Source: Plasmodiophora brassicae (Eukaryota). Taken from it: 64,000 bases of DNA. The DNA is taken from positions 310,001 through 374,000 of the forward strand of contig CP145409.1 in the NCBI GenBank assembly GCA_036867785.1, in the 5' to 3' direction. The notes under the pieces were generated by a model that was not told the DNA's origin, ran no database searches, and was given only the letters and a program-made list of their open reading frames with translations. Position 1 is the stretch's first letter; each line of letters opens with the position of its first letter. Position numbers and translations under genes: made by a program. This document shows positions 26,106 through 37,241 of this stretch, piece after piece.

Positions 26106-28589
26106 ATGCACGTGTCGGTGGCCGGCCGGGCATGCCCAGGGTGTCGCCGCACGGTATGGCGGCCGGGAGGCGGCGGCGTTCGGCACGCGTCCGCGTATGA
26201 CGAAGGCCTGCTGTCGACGCTGCGGAGGCTGATGGCAGGGCAGCGCGGGTCGTCGCAGCCGACGGCCGCGTTCAGGGCGTTCGTGCGGTCCCCGTCCGTG
26301 GCGCTGGCCGCCAGATCCCTGCAACAGGAGGACGACCATGTTCGCGGGTGGACTGTCTACCAGCTCATGATCGGGTCCGACGATCGCCTGGACACCGTCT
26401 TCTTCGAACGGATGATGCGATTCTGTAAACGGCATCTGCCCGCCAAGGCCCCTGCTGTGTTTCGCGGCGCCATCGACCGACATGTCCGACTGTGCGACAC
26501 GATCTTCATCGACTTTGTCGATTCGTGCATGAAGACGAAACCCTGTATGGTTGCCGACGCGCTCGACCTGTACGCCCAGTGCGACTTCCGATCGACAAAC
26601 GCGCTGTTCAGCCTGGCGCATATGTGCCGAGTTGCCAAGCGGCCGAACTCGGCGATGTTCCTGGTGCCGGATGCCGTTCGCAACGGCGTCGAGGTCACCC
26701 ACAAACTGTTATCCGCGTTCACTGGCTGTTGCGCCGAAGCCAACTCGCCAGAGGCGGCGGATACTGCCGAAATGATCCTGAGGCTGATTCGGTCGAACAC
26801 CATTCCTTTCCACCGAAGCCAATGCTCGTTTGGGTACATAGTGAAGGCCCTGATGTCGCAGAATCGTCTTGATGTCGTTTTCGACTTGATCCAGTGGATG
26901 GATTCGAGGCGGTTCCCGCCGTCAATGGGGATCTTGACTGAGGTCTTGCGCACGCTTGCCAACAGTGGGCGAGCTGATGATGGATTCCAGATGTTCAATG
27001 CAATCCGAGACCGGGGCCACCTTGTTGGGATCCCCGAACTATGCCTCCTTATCGCATCGTGTGGTCGGGAGCGCAAACTCCCAACGATCGAGGAGTTGCA
27101 TTACTATGCGCGCCAGCGGGCGTTCCTACAGAATGATCGGTTGGCTTCGTCGCTGATTGACGCGTACTGCCAGTTGTCTCAGTTCGAGGCCGCCGAGAAG
27201 GTGCTGGCAGAACGGTGTTCCGGCTCAAAGCCAAGCGTCGTGGCCTATACTGCCCTGATTTCAGCATACAACGCGTGCGGGATGGCCCAGAAAGCAATCG
27301 AAACGTTCGAGCGGTTTCGGGACAGCAGCGTTCGTCCAGATCGTGCCATTTGCTCCAGTGCAATTGTTGCATATGCCAGTCATGGCAGGTTCTCAGACGC
27401 AGTTGCCCTATTTGATAGGAACCTCAGGGCAAACGTGTCCGTTGGCGATGTTCCCGTTCTTACCTGTCTTATCGAAGCATGCGGCCGTTCCTTCGAGCTC
27501 GCTGCGCTGCAATCTCTGCACCAGCTCATCGTCAACAAGCCATTTGCTCGAGAAGCTCGCGTTGCGAATGCCCTTGCGCGTTCGTACGCCCAGTGCGGAC
27601 GGATTGATCTCGCAACCCGGTTGTTCCTCGAACATCCATCTCCTGACGCCGATTCCTTATCTGTCTTGATCTCTGCATACGCGGATCATGGCATGTTCCA
27701 AGATGCCGTCAGGACGTACGACCGCCTGAAGTCTTCCCGGCTGCCTCCGAATGGCACAATCCTTCTGTCACTTTTGGTCGCATGCGGCAATGCCGGGGAC
27801 ATTGGTTATGCCAACGCGATCCTATCCGAATTCAAGGCACAGTGGAACATCTCGCCGGATCCTACCCACATCAACTGCTTGGTCGACATGTTCGGTCGAG
27901 GCGGGCAGCTGGACGAAGCCGAACGTCTCGTGATGTCTGCAGTATCCACCGATGCACTGGCGCTCTGGATGACCTTGCTTCGATTGTCCTGTAAGCACGG
28001 CGATGTTCTGCGGGCAGAACGTTCCTTTTCTACGATTCTCGCATTGCCTCCGTTGCCCGATGATGCCCTGCGTCTTCCGGAAGCATTCATATTAATGTCG
28101 AACCTGTATAGCAAGGTTGGCCGCTCGTCGGACGCGAAGCGTCTCCAGCGTGACATGACGGCAAAGGGGCTATCGCCAACGCCGATCAGGACGACGGTCG
28201 TGCTTCGCGATCGTACTGTTCGCTTCGAACCGGGTGACGGCCTGTATAATGCTGACCTTCGCTTGCGACAATCGCATTCCCGACTCATGGAGAAACTAAC
28301 TGCTCATGGATTATCGCCTGATAGTCCAGATGTTTCGGATCATGGTGCCTCACCAGTTGAAGGTCATGCATCGGTTTGCATGCATGGACCGGTGATTGCA
28401 GTTGCCTACGCTTTCAGTATTTCGCCAGCCGGCACAGTATTCGCGACCAAGAACGCCGAACTATGTTCTAGCTGCCATACAGCCATGAAAGCAGTATCGA
28501 CCCTGTATCAGCGCGACATTCACATTCGAGACGCCGTCCGACATCATCACTTTCAGGGTGGCCATTGCTCCTGTGGCGATTATTGGTGA
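26106..28589 (+). CDS. pentatricopeptide repeat protein with E/E+ and DYW domains, intronless, probable mitochondrial presequence
   Basis: PPR repeats (LASSLIDAYCQLSQFEAAEKVL; PSVVAYTALISAYNACGMAQKAIETF; HINCLVDMFGRGGQLDEAERLV). E domain FILMSNLYSKVGR. DYW domain KNAELCSSCH..IHIRDAVRHHHFQGGHCSCGDYW*. N-terminus is Arg-rich and acid-free. Confidence 0.95.
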   Translation: MHVSVAGRACPGCRRTVWRPGGGGVRHASAYDEGLLSTLRRLMAGQRGSSQPTAAFRAFVRSPSVALAARSLQQEDDHVRGWTVYQLMIGSDDRLDTVFFERMMRFCKRHLPAKAPAVFRGAIDRHVRLCDTIFIDFVDSCMKTKPCMVADALDLYAQCDFRSTNALFSLAHMCRVAKRPNSAMFLVPDAVRNGVEVTHKLLSAFTGCCAEANSPEAADTAEMILRLIRSNTIPFHRSQCSFGYIVKALMSQNRLDVVFDLIQWMDSRRFPPSMGILTEVLRTLANSGRADDGFQMFNAIRDRGHLVGIPELCLLIASCGRERKLPTIEELHYYARQRAFLQNDRLASSLIDAYCQLSQFEAAEKVLAERCSGSKPSVVAYTALISAYNACGMAQKAIETFERFRDSSVRPDRAICSSAIVAYASHGRFSDAVALFDRNLRANVSVGDVPVLTCLIEACGRSFELAALQSLHQLIVNKPFAREARVANALARSYAQCGRIDLATRLFLEHPSPDADSLSVLISAYADHGMFQDAVRTYDRLKSSRLPPNGTILLSLLVACGNAGDIGYANAILSEFKAQWNISPDPTHINCLVDMFGRGGQLDEAERLVMSAVSTDALALWMTLLRLSCKHGDVLRAERSFSTILALPPLPDDALRLPEAFILMSNLYSKVGRSSDAKRLQRDMTAKGLSPTPIRTTVVLRDRTVRFEPGDGLYNADLRLRQSHSRLMEKLTAHGLSPDSPDVSDHGASPVEGHASVCMHGPVIAVAYAFSISPAGTVFATKNAELCSSCHTAMKAVSTLYQRDIHIRDAVRHHHFQGGHCSCGDYW

Positions 28590-28638
28590 CAAACTAAAGT
28601 TATCCGCAAACTTGCCTACCAGTTTCTCACAGTTCTGG

Positions 28639-28975
28639 CTACCAGTTACATCTGACATTCAAGCCGGGCCATCCAGCTTTCCACCCTTCGTCGAGCAGGT
28701 GGTTCAGGTCGTCGACGGATGGAGGCCGTATCGCGTCGTTCCCGATGATGGCATTGCTGAAGCGATGAAGGTTCTCGATAGCAGTAGACTCGGCGAGTCT
28801 GAACTTATCGTCCAGCTCGTGTGCTGAATCACCTGATGTGAGCATGCGCACCGCCCAGGCGACTTTCTGCAAGGACGTAAACCCTGGAACCTAAGGAAGA
28901 TTCGGTTATAAACGCAACGTACAGGTAGAACAGAGCAGTCCTTACCCCAAGAGCATATTTTTTCTGCAGCGCTTG
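28639..28975 (-). mobile_element. PIF/Harbinger transposase fragment (Plant_tran-like), decayed, containing an intron
   Basis: LQKKYALG|VPGFTSLQKVAWAVRMLTSGDSAHELDDKFRLAESTAIENLHRFSNAI..RPPSVDDLNHLLDEGWKAGWPG matches the HTH region that precedes the Harbinger DDE core. It stops before the catalytic domain. Confidence 0.8.
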
Positions 28976-29667
28976 CCGGGGTATAGGCGTTATCTAACGT
29001 TGCTGCTTCGACGCCGCCCAGGCCGAAGCCAAAGACGTTCTAGGTGAATTCGGTCGCTACGCCATTGCCTCTCGAGACGGAACCAGAGGCCTTTCTCGCT
29101 GCTGAGAGAACAGCGACCAGATCTCAGCTGGTCCCTTGTTGCCGACGAGTACCAGAACCGAGCTCGTGAATGTCTATTCTGCTCTTTTTTGTGCCACTGC
29201 TGGCGAACACAACGAGAAACCTGGTCCATTCTCAGAAGCGTGATAACCTTGGAGATGCGAATACTGAGCGTCAGACCGCATTTTCGTTCAACTCGTCCCA
29301 ACCGAAGCGTTCCGGAAGCGCGGCCAATAGACGGGCCCCTCAAGCACCTACTGATTTCCACTCCTGTGGGGAGTCTCTCGCGGGTATTGCTGCAGAGGGT
29401 CGTGGAGATCCTGTGATCGCGAGGTCGATCTCGTCGAGAAGCCGAAGGACATCGATGACAACGCTATCTACCCCAACCCGGATAACGAGGAGGTCGTCTT
29501 GGAGTCAGTTCACGATGATTTGGCGTACTGGTCGTCATAACTGGAGTGTAAGTACCGTACCTTCGGTCAAGCCAGGGCCACGGACACTGGTGGTCGCCTG
29601 AAAACTGCGCGACAGTGAGGGCAGTCAATCGGCAACTGCGTCGGCGGCCGGCAAGGCCGTGCCCTCG

Positions 29668-30749
29668 ATGTTGTATGGACGATATCGACTGCTCGTCGTG
29701 GTGCTTGTCACTATGTTGGCCTGTTCACAGGCCTTGGACGCGAGCGACGACGGACTCAGTGGTGAGGATACAGGCACTGATGGAGGCCGATACACCGGTC
29801 AGGTCACGCTTGCAAGCACACGAACGGTCGTCTGATGCTGGTATACCGTACAGACCACGTCAGCGCCAGCAAGACGGCATCCTCGGTACTTCCCCGTCGT
29901 AATAACTTGATGTCGAATGTCAGTTCCCATATGACTGTATTGATCGACGTCGATTGACGTTCGGCGTTTTAGATTGACGCTGCGTTGCTCGTTACCAGTG
30001 CGGGGTTTCTGCTGTACTACCTGAATAGGGCCAGCCCTGCGACACCATTGAACAGTAAGAATGCGAAAGTGTGACTGATTTCTAGGACTTACTTGATCGT
30101 AGGTGGATTCTTTGCAAAGGGTCTGTTGAAATCGAAGTTTGTTTCAGCATCAACTGCTGTCACGGGTTTATCATTGGCTGCTGGCGTAGCGATCGGGTTC
30201 AGGACAGCTGCGAAATCCGATACCCTGGGCCATCGTCTGAGCTGGCCTGATTCTAGTGCTGAGGCGGTTCCCCCTGCTCCGTCTCCTGAAGATGATTCGA
30301 AACCCACACTGAGGCGGTCCTCATTTCCACTACTTCTCATCATCTGCGCGTCAGTCGTGGGCGTTTCCCTGATCATCCTTGTCGTGGTTGTTTGTTGCTG
30401 GCGAAGGATTGTACAATCAGTGACGCGGAGAAACAGACGGCTTAATAGCAAGCGATATTCCATCAGCCGAAACCCATCCATCAAGGTAATTGAAATCAGT
30501 CCTCCTGAACCATTGCGGCGGGGCCAAATCCAGGTCCTCGCTGAGGAAACTCCCATCATACCTGTCGCACTTGATGACGTCGAGAACTCGGAAGAGCAAG
30601 ATCGTCGTGAAGCCGAACTTCGCGCTCAGCGCATGTTACGTGATGCAGATGCTTCCAGCCGGAGTCTGGCATCAGTGAGCGTCGCGCCAACGTCATGGAC
30701 CACAGTCCCTTACAGCTTTTCCACGAACGAACTCCCTCCGACGCGATGA
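29668..30749 (+). CDS. hypothetical type I membrane protein, multi-exon
   Basis: Signal peptide MLYGRYRLLVVVLVTMLACSQA, short GT-AG introns, and TM FPLLLIICASVVGVSLIILVVVVCC followed by a basic tail. Confidence 0.6.
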
Positions 30750-30926
30750 TGCACCTGCATTGTTCTTTTATTCATACGTCCTAATATTGATAACCTTTAT
30801 GAACTGTTCTCTTGTCGTACTGTACTGCGCACGTGCGCCGTGCCGAGCAACGCGCCACTGGCGAAGCGACCCCCTTTTTGGTGCCGGGCGATTGCGTCGC
30901 AGTGTCGCCACTCATCGTTCGGCGCA

Positions 30927-33631
30927 ATGGGGTCTTCAAGCCACGGCGCAGCGTTCGTGGCGACGCGTGACGAGATCGAGGAGCGCCGGCTGTTTTCGAA
31001 GATCATCTCCATCTTGAGGTCGCATTCCATTTCAGCTGATGCCATACCGACGCTGTGCCTGATAGGAGTTCAGTCGCATGGGTGCGGATCATGCGTTTTG
31101 CACTCGGCGTTCCCCTGCTGACGGTGGCTGTACTCAGGAAATCCTCGCTGGTCGAATTCTTCGTCGGGATGCCTTTGACGTTGATTAAGGAGGACACTGG
31201 TACCCGATGTCCAACAAAGTTCTTCCTCCAGTTCAACGTCGACGTGAAAACCCCACGGTGCGAAATTGTCAAAGTCCCGAAAGAGGTCTCCCATCTGTAT
31301 CCGGACGTCAGCGTCTCCAGTCCGATGAAAGCCGACTACAAGGTCCGACATAGCTTTCTCGAATTTCAGGTTTAGCTGACGTTCTTGTTAGGCGCTACCT
31401 AATGCCCTTGGAAAAGTAATGCAGGAAGTTGAGCAGCACAGTGCCAACGGGTTTTCGATTGACGAACTGGAAGTTCACGTTACGAGCGATTTGTGCCCCA
31501 ACCTCTTCTTTGTCGACCTGCCGGGAATCGTGTCTCAGATTGATCCACGATGCAAAACCATCGAGAGCATTGTCAGAACGTACCTTCAGATGCCAAGCGT
31601 CATCCCAATCATGGTTGTTAAAGCGTCCGAGGATCTTGCTACCGGTACCGGTACCTTGCCCTAATTCGTTTGTTCCCACACGCTGACACAATCCGAAACC
31701 TAGGTATGCTATATAGCTTCATCAGAGATAATGCCCGTCCTGGGTGGAAACAGTCATCTCTATTCGTTGCGACTCATTTTGACGCCAACCTGCCAAAGAA
31801 CGGAGAGGCCCTGGCACTGAAGCTGGAAGGGCACTGCTGCGATCCAGAGAACCCGAAAGAAAAACGAGTTCTCACGAAGTTCTTCGTGTCATGCAATCCT
31901 CCACCTGTCGTCGATCGTGCAGCGCTGATGGAGCGCAAGCATGATGAACTCATCCAGCGCATTCGCAACTTGGAGCGGTTGGAAAATGACTTGATTGAGC
32001 AGTGCCTGACCGAGATCCGATCAAGCGTTCATCCCGAATTTGACATCGAGTACTGGCGACCGTTTCTTGGACTTGGGAACGCCAAGTCTGCAATCAAGAA
32101 GCAATGGTACGACAGCTACACGAAGCAGTTTCCCGCCGTACGAATTTCTCTTCAGGAGAAGCAACGTGAAACAGCAGCCAAGCTTGCCGAGCTGCGGTCC
32201 CTGCAGTCTGCCAACGATCCAGATACGATTCGTGTCTCAGTCTCGAAGATTGCGTCGAAGTTTCTGAACCTGGTGAAGCTAGTCACCGAACAGGACGCAT
32301 CCGTATGGAGTTCGTCCATGTTTGGTTTCAAGTCGTCGGGCGTGACATTCGATGAGGAGGACTGTCTGTACAAATCATCGGGAGAGAGGCCGTTCCTCTG
32401 GGAGCGGGAAATCTCGCAGAGCCAACTACAGGGAATCCGAGGGCCTTCGGCGGACTGGCAACTCGAGCTCGATGCGAAGTTGCTTGGGAGCTCCCAGATT
32501 CGTCGCCTCTTCAACGTCAATCGCGCAATCTTGTGCACAGCTGAACTCCCGCCTATTAACAGCGACCTTTGGCTGAATGCCACTGGCCACTTCGTGAAGG
32601 CAACCACCTCGCCCTCTTGGGACCATGCGGTCGCACAAGTTGTCAACTGGTGACCACGCGTGGGTTCCGGTACGTTGCCATCGTCTAATCAGTGTTTCGT
32701 TCAGGTGGCTGCGCGAGCTCATGGTGCCTTCGGTTCACTTCATGACCTCGCGGATCCTCCACATTTTCAAGCGCATCGGGACCATCATCGCGGATTCGAT
32801 GAAGGCAGACGCGAAATTTACAGGGTTTCACCAGTTCGTTGATGAAGTCAACGGTCCGTCGTTCCGATAATTTGGTTCACGAGTGTCCAACTAACGCGAT
32901 TCGAAGAGGCGTTTCAGGAATGGGTAGAAAAACGCGTTCGTGCCACTGAGGCTGTCGCCGTGCAACTAGTGGAAGCGAAATCCGAGTTCCTCGATCTGGT
33001 TAGGTGCCCATGTTCCCTTTGCGTTTCGATCCTTGACGTTCGGCGATAGAGTCTCAGCCGAAACATGGCGGCAGTCTTCGCCACCGATTCGCAGACTGAA
33101 TCGAGATCTGTGGATGGCTACTTCACTGCCAACAGTGAAGGGTACTACTCTGAAGGTGCTGCGCCCGACGCGCCTCCTGCGCCGGAGGTCAACAGCGACG
33201 TCTCTAGGCGTCTGCGTATCATGCTAGGGGACCACTTAACTGATGCAGTGCAGTGGCCGACAACTCGGTCGTTAGACCGGGAATCCGTCGTGCTGGTTCG
33301 GAAGATCGCCGAGCGGTGTCTCCTGACGCAACTCTTATTCTGTGTGCACGACATCGAAAGTCTCGCCATATGCAACATCGAGAAACCCATCCAGAATCCC
33401 ATGTCGACGTCCGGCTTCTCCTGCGACGCCACCCTTGCCGAATCCGTCGGCCGCGTCGCCTGCCAGGACGCCGACCGCCTCGCCGACGCGTTCCAGCTCG
33501 ACATGAAGCGCATCTCTTCTGAGATCGCCGACCTCGCGTCGTACGAGCAGAACCTTGCACACGACGTCGTCGAGCTCGACACGACCTGTCGCGACCTCGA
33601 CACTCTGTACACGTCACGTCGGGCTCGGTGA
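30927..33631 (+). CDS. dynamin-superfamily GTPase, copy 2, paralogue of 22999-25739
   Basis: IPTLCLIGVQSHG|KSSLVEFFVGMPLTLIKEDTGTRCPTKFF; FVDLPG; VATHFD. The intron splitting G1 and the following GTPase-domain introns are at equivalent positions to copy 1. Confidence 0.85.
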
Positions 33632-33790
33632 ACCTGGTCCCCCACCTCACTATCATGAAAAGCAACACGTTTCCCCATCTAATGCTTCGCTGAGCTGGAA
33701 GCGGACAGGGAGGGGGGGGCCCGCGCTGATCTCCTGCAGGAGCGGTCACGGACCGTGCGCGCGTCACTGGTCCAGCGGGTTGGCTGTCGA

Positions 33791-35060
33791 ATGGTGCTGC
33801 GGCGACGTGCGCGAGAATACCGGCGCGGCGAGCGTCCCTCGTGGGCGCCGGAGGCGTTCACTGAGGAGGCCGCCGTCGAGGAGGAGGAGGAGGAGGAGGT
33901 GGAGCACGATGATGTTGTTGATATCCACGAGGCCGTGCAGCGGGCGCCGCGCGTTCGGCCGACCACGTCGAAGATTCGCATTGAAGCGATTGTGGAGAGC
34001 GAGGCGGCCGTGCCGCCGCCCCATGTCCGGCCTGCTGTCGTTGCCGCCGTTGAGACCGCTGGCCTGGAAGTGCCGGAAGTCGCTGCCGCTAGCGAATCCG
34101 ACGAGGAAGACGTGGATGTTCGCCGGCAACGTGCTCGCATGAAACGCGCCGTCGAGCCTGCCCTGTCGGAGACAGTCGCGCCTGCGGCTGTGGAAGAAGA
34201 GGTATCTGAAGAGGAGGAGGAAGAAACGGAAACGGAGGAGGAGGAGGACGACGACGACTTCCAGGAGTACGGTCGACCGCTGATTAAGCCCGTGTTCGTT
34301 GCCAGGCCGAATCGCAAGACGACTGAAGAACGTGCTGCGCAGGATCAGCTAGAACGAGAGAGGGAAGAACGCGATCAGGCGCAGATTGCTGAGCGAAAGC
34401 GAGAAGCGACCGCCAAGCTGATTGACGTCATCGAACGTGAGGAGCTGGAACAGGAGATGGCCGTCAAAGCGTCGTTGGCCGAGAGGCCTGACGACACCGA
34501 TTATCCCGACGATGAGGTCGAGATTGAGAAATGGAAGCTTCGCGAGATGGTGAGGCTGCTGCGGGACAGGGAGGAGCGCAGACTCGCAGAAGAGGAAATG
34601 CAGGACACCGCGCGTAGAAGAACGATGACCGACGCCGAGATCGAGGCAGAGAAGGCTGCGGCGCGTGCCAACGCTCCTGAGAAGGGCAAGCTGAAATTCC
34701 TGCAGCGCTACCACCATAAGGGCGCCTTCTACCAGGACAAAGTCGATACCGAACTGTTGCAACGCGATTATGCAGCGCCAACCGGCGTCGACGCCGAGAT
34801 CGACCGGGCAGCCCTCCCGGCAGTCCTCCAGGTCAAGAACTTTGGGTTCGCTAGCCGCACGAAATGTACGAACGGGGAACGTTGCCCAGTTTGCTAGGCC
34901 TGGTACTGATCCTCGTTGCCCAGACACCCATCTCGCGGATCAAGACACGTCACGTGACGACCCCTGGGCGGCGTCGGACGTCTCCAGACCCACCGGCTAC
35001 AAGCGCGGCCGCGATAGCCAGAGCTCCGCCAATGGCGATAAGCGCTACCGGCAGAGGTGA
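33791..35060 (+). CDS. MFAP1: microfibrillar-associated protein 1 (spliceosomal B-complex protein)
   Basis: YRRGERPSWA; acidic runs; PLIKPVFV; WKLREMVRLLRDRE; KFLQRYHHKGAFY; DRAALPAVLQVKNFG..RTK|YTHLADQDTS. Confidence 0.94.
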
Positions 35061-35196
35061 TACACCCGATCGTGTTTAAAGAGGCGAAACCAGATCAGCG
35101 TGCGTTTCGTGTGGAAACATTGACAGACAGTTTTTAATGATGCCATGTGAAGAGGGGTGTAATGAGCAGGCCAGCACGTGGCACCACTGCTCCTGA

Positions 35197-36978
35197 TCAG
35201 ACCGCGCTCGCGACCTGTGCGTCCCGCCGTCGCGTCAGCCGCTCCTTCGGTTCAACTTGGACGACTGCTTGAGCAGCGCTTTGACGGGGCCCGCCCCAGC
35301 TGCGAACCTTGAAGGTCAGCATGCCGTACAACTGGAAGACGGACGAGAAGATGGGCAGGAACAAGATGTTCATCGGGTACCCGAAGATGACCTTGTAGCG
35401 GTTGATGTGGATTGCCCACGCGCTTACAAAGAACCAGATAGGCACGAAGATGAGGATCGCGAACCCGATCGTCGTGACGGTGCCGTGCCCGAGGGCCGCC
35501 TCAAGGAAGAAGACGTACACGAACAGCGGGCCGTTCTTGAGCGCCAGCAGCGCGATCAGGACGTTCAGTCCGGTGAAGTGCCTCCAGAGGACCGGCGAGG
35601 TCAGCATGTAGACCTCGTTGGTCAGCGTGCCCAGGTACCATCGGCGGCGCTGCTTCATCAGCGACCGGAAGTCCTCGCATCCCTCCGTCTTGCAGCGAGC
35701 GGCCGGGCAGAACCCGATCCGGTACTTGACGGTGCGTGATTCCATCAGCAGGTGCGTCAGGTACCGGTCCTCGCCCAGGTGCGTCCTGTTGAAGTCGAAG
35801 TTGTCCTCGGCGGTCATCTTCCCAAAGTAGGTCGGCGCGACCGCCTCCAGCGCCTCGAACCGCACCATGGTCAGCGCACCGGGCAGGCAGGACACCGCCC
35901 CGAGGTAATCCTCCGTGTTCCTCTGCAACATCTGCGACTCGATATACTCGCTGTCCTGCATCAGCTTGTAGAAGCTGTACGTGCCGGCCGTCTTGCACGT
36001 GATCAGGCCCGTCAGCGCCTCGCGCGTCACGCCCTTGTTCCTGTTCATGTCGTACACGAAGTGCGCCATGGCGGTCTCGTCCAGCTCAATGTCGGAATCG
36101 ATGAACAGGAGCAATGGCTTCGTCGGCATCGACTTGTAGGTGCGCTGCAGGTACTTGAAGGCACACATCTGCGCGTGCCGCTTGCCGCCGTGCTCGAACC
36201 GGCACGGCGTGATGATCAGGTTCCTGTACTTGATGTCGCCGATGAACGGGTAGTCGTCCGCGTTCGACGAGATGCCGAGCTCGGCCTGCCCCTCGTCGGT
36301 CGCCAGCTTGGCGTAGTCAGGATCCGGGTTGCCGCTCGTCAGGCAGTAGATGACGGCCTTGTACACCAGCGTCAGCTTGTCGTCGTCGAACGCCAGCACC
36401 AGGTGCAAACGCTTCTTCGGGTACTTGGACGTCACCACCGAGTTGATGGCGATCATGAGCGTCTCGATCGGTTCGTTGTAGATGGGCATGACGACCGTGA
36501 TCGAGGGTAGGCCGCCCTGTCGCCTGTCCTTGGCGCGTTCCTGGAGCAGCGTCGTGACCTCCTTCGTGCCCGGCGACCGCCGCCAGGCGTCGCTGGCGCA
36601 CCCGATTTTGAACCAGGTCAGGGCGATCAAGACGACGGGTTCGAACTGGAGGAACTGGACGTACTCGTGGTCGAAGATCGACCCCAGGAACGGTTTCTGC
36701 AGCAGGTACAGGCCCTGCCAGTTGACGGTCTGCGCCAGGACGAAGTACACGAACCCGTTATACCCCATGTAGGCGATCAGGAATAGGAACGCCGTCAGTC
36801 GGGTGAGAATCGGGTGCTTGCCCGCCTTCTCGCCGTCGCGAACCACCTTGAACAACGTGATGCAGTACGAGGTGAAGTACGAGAACGCGTGGAAGAACGC
36901 AATCAGCAGGAAGAAGGACACGACGCCGTTGGCCGCCATGACGAAGTTCGGTCCAAGCCATTGGACGGCGTCGACCAT
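35197..36978 (-). CDS. CHS: chitin synthase (GT2), intronless; start may be as far upstream as 37113
   Basis: MPIYNE; HGGKRHAQ; FIDSD; QDSEY; CLPGALT; LGEDRYLT; QRRRW; RSWG. TM helices at both ends. Confidence 0.92.
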   Translation of the reverse strand: MVDAVQWLGPNFVMAANGVVSFFLLIAFFHAFSYFTSYCITLFKVVRDGEKAGKHPILTRLTAFLFLIAYMGYNGFVYFVLAQTVNWQGLYLLQKPFLGSIFDHEYVQFLQFEPVVLIALTWFKIGCASDAWRRSPGTKEVTTLLQERAKDRRQGGLPSITVVMPIYNEPIETLMIAINSVVTSKYPKKRLHLVLAFDDDKLTLVYKAVIYCLTSGNPDPDYAKLATDEGQAELGISSNADDYPFIGDIKYRNLIITPCRFEHGGKRHAQMCAFKYLQRTYKSMPTKPLLLFIDSDIELDETAMAHFVYDMNRNKGVTREALTGLITCKTAGTYSFYKLMQDSEYIESQMLQRNTEDYLGAVSCLPGALTMVRFEALEAVAPTYFGKMTAEDNFDFNRTHLGEDRYLTHLLMESRTVKYRIGFCPAARCKTEGCEDFRSLMKQRRRWYLGTLTNEVYMLTSPVLWRHFTGLNVLIALLALKNGPLFVYVFFLEAALGHGTVTTIGFAILIFVPIWFFVSAWAIHINRYKVIFGYPMNILFLPIFSSVFQLYGMLTFKVRSWGGPRQSAAQAVVQVEPKERLTRRRDAQVASAV

Positions 36979-37241
36979 GGTCTCGTCGAGCGCGCGTAGT
37001 CCACCAACGCGATCTATAATGTCAATGAGGAAACGTAACCGGGATCCAGCGCACTCGATACGAAACCATAACGTCACGCCTAGGACACAGTGGAGCCGAC
37101 GGGCGTGATTCATGCCGGCTCCAACAACCGAACGTCTGCCACCCTCGATCAGCTTCCGGCGCCCCCCTGATGCCTCCTGATGGAATCCCTACGAACTTGA
37201 GCCACTTACCTAGCGATCATCTCACAAGCGTTGCAGAGCGT

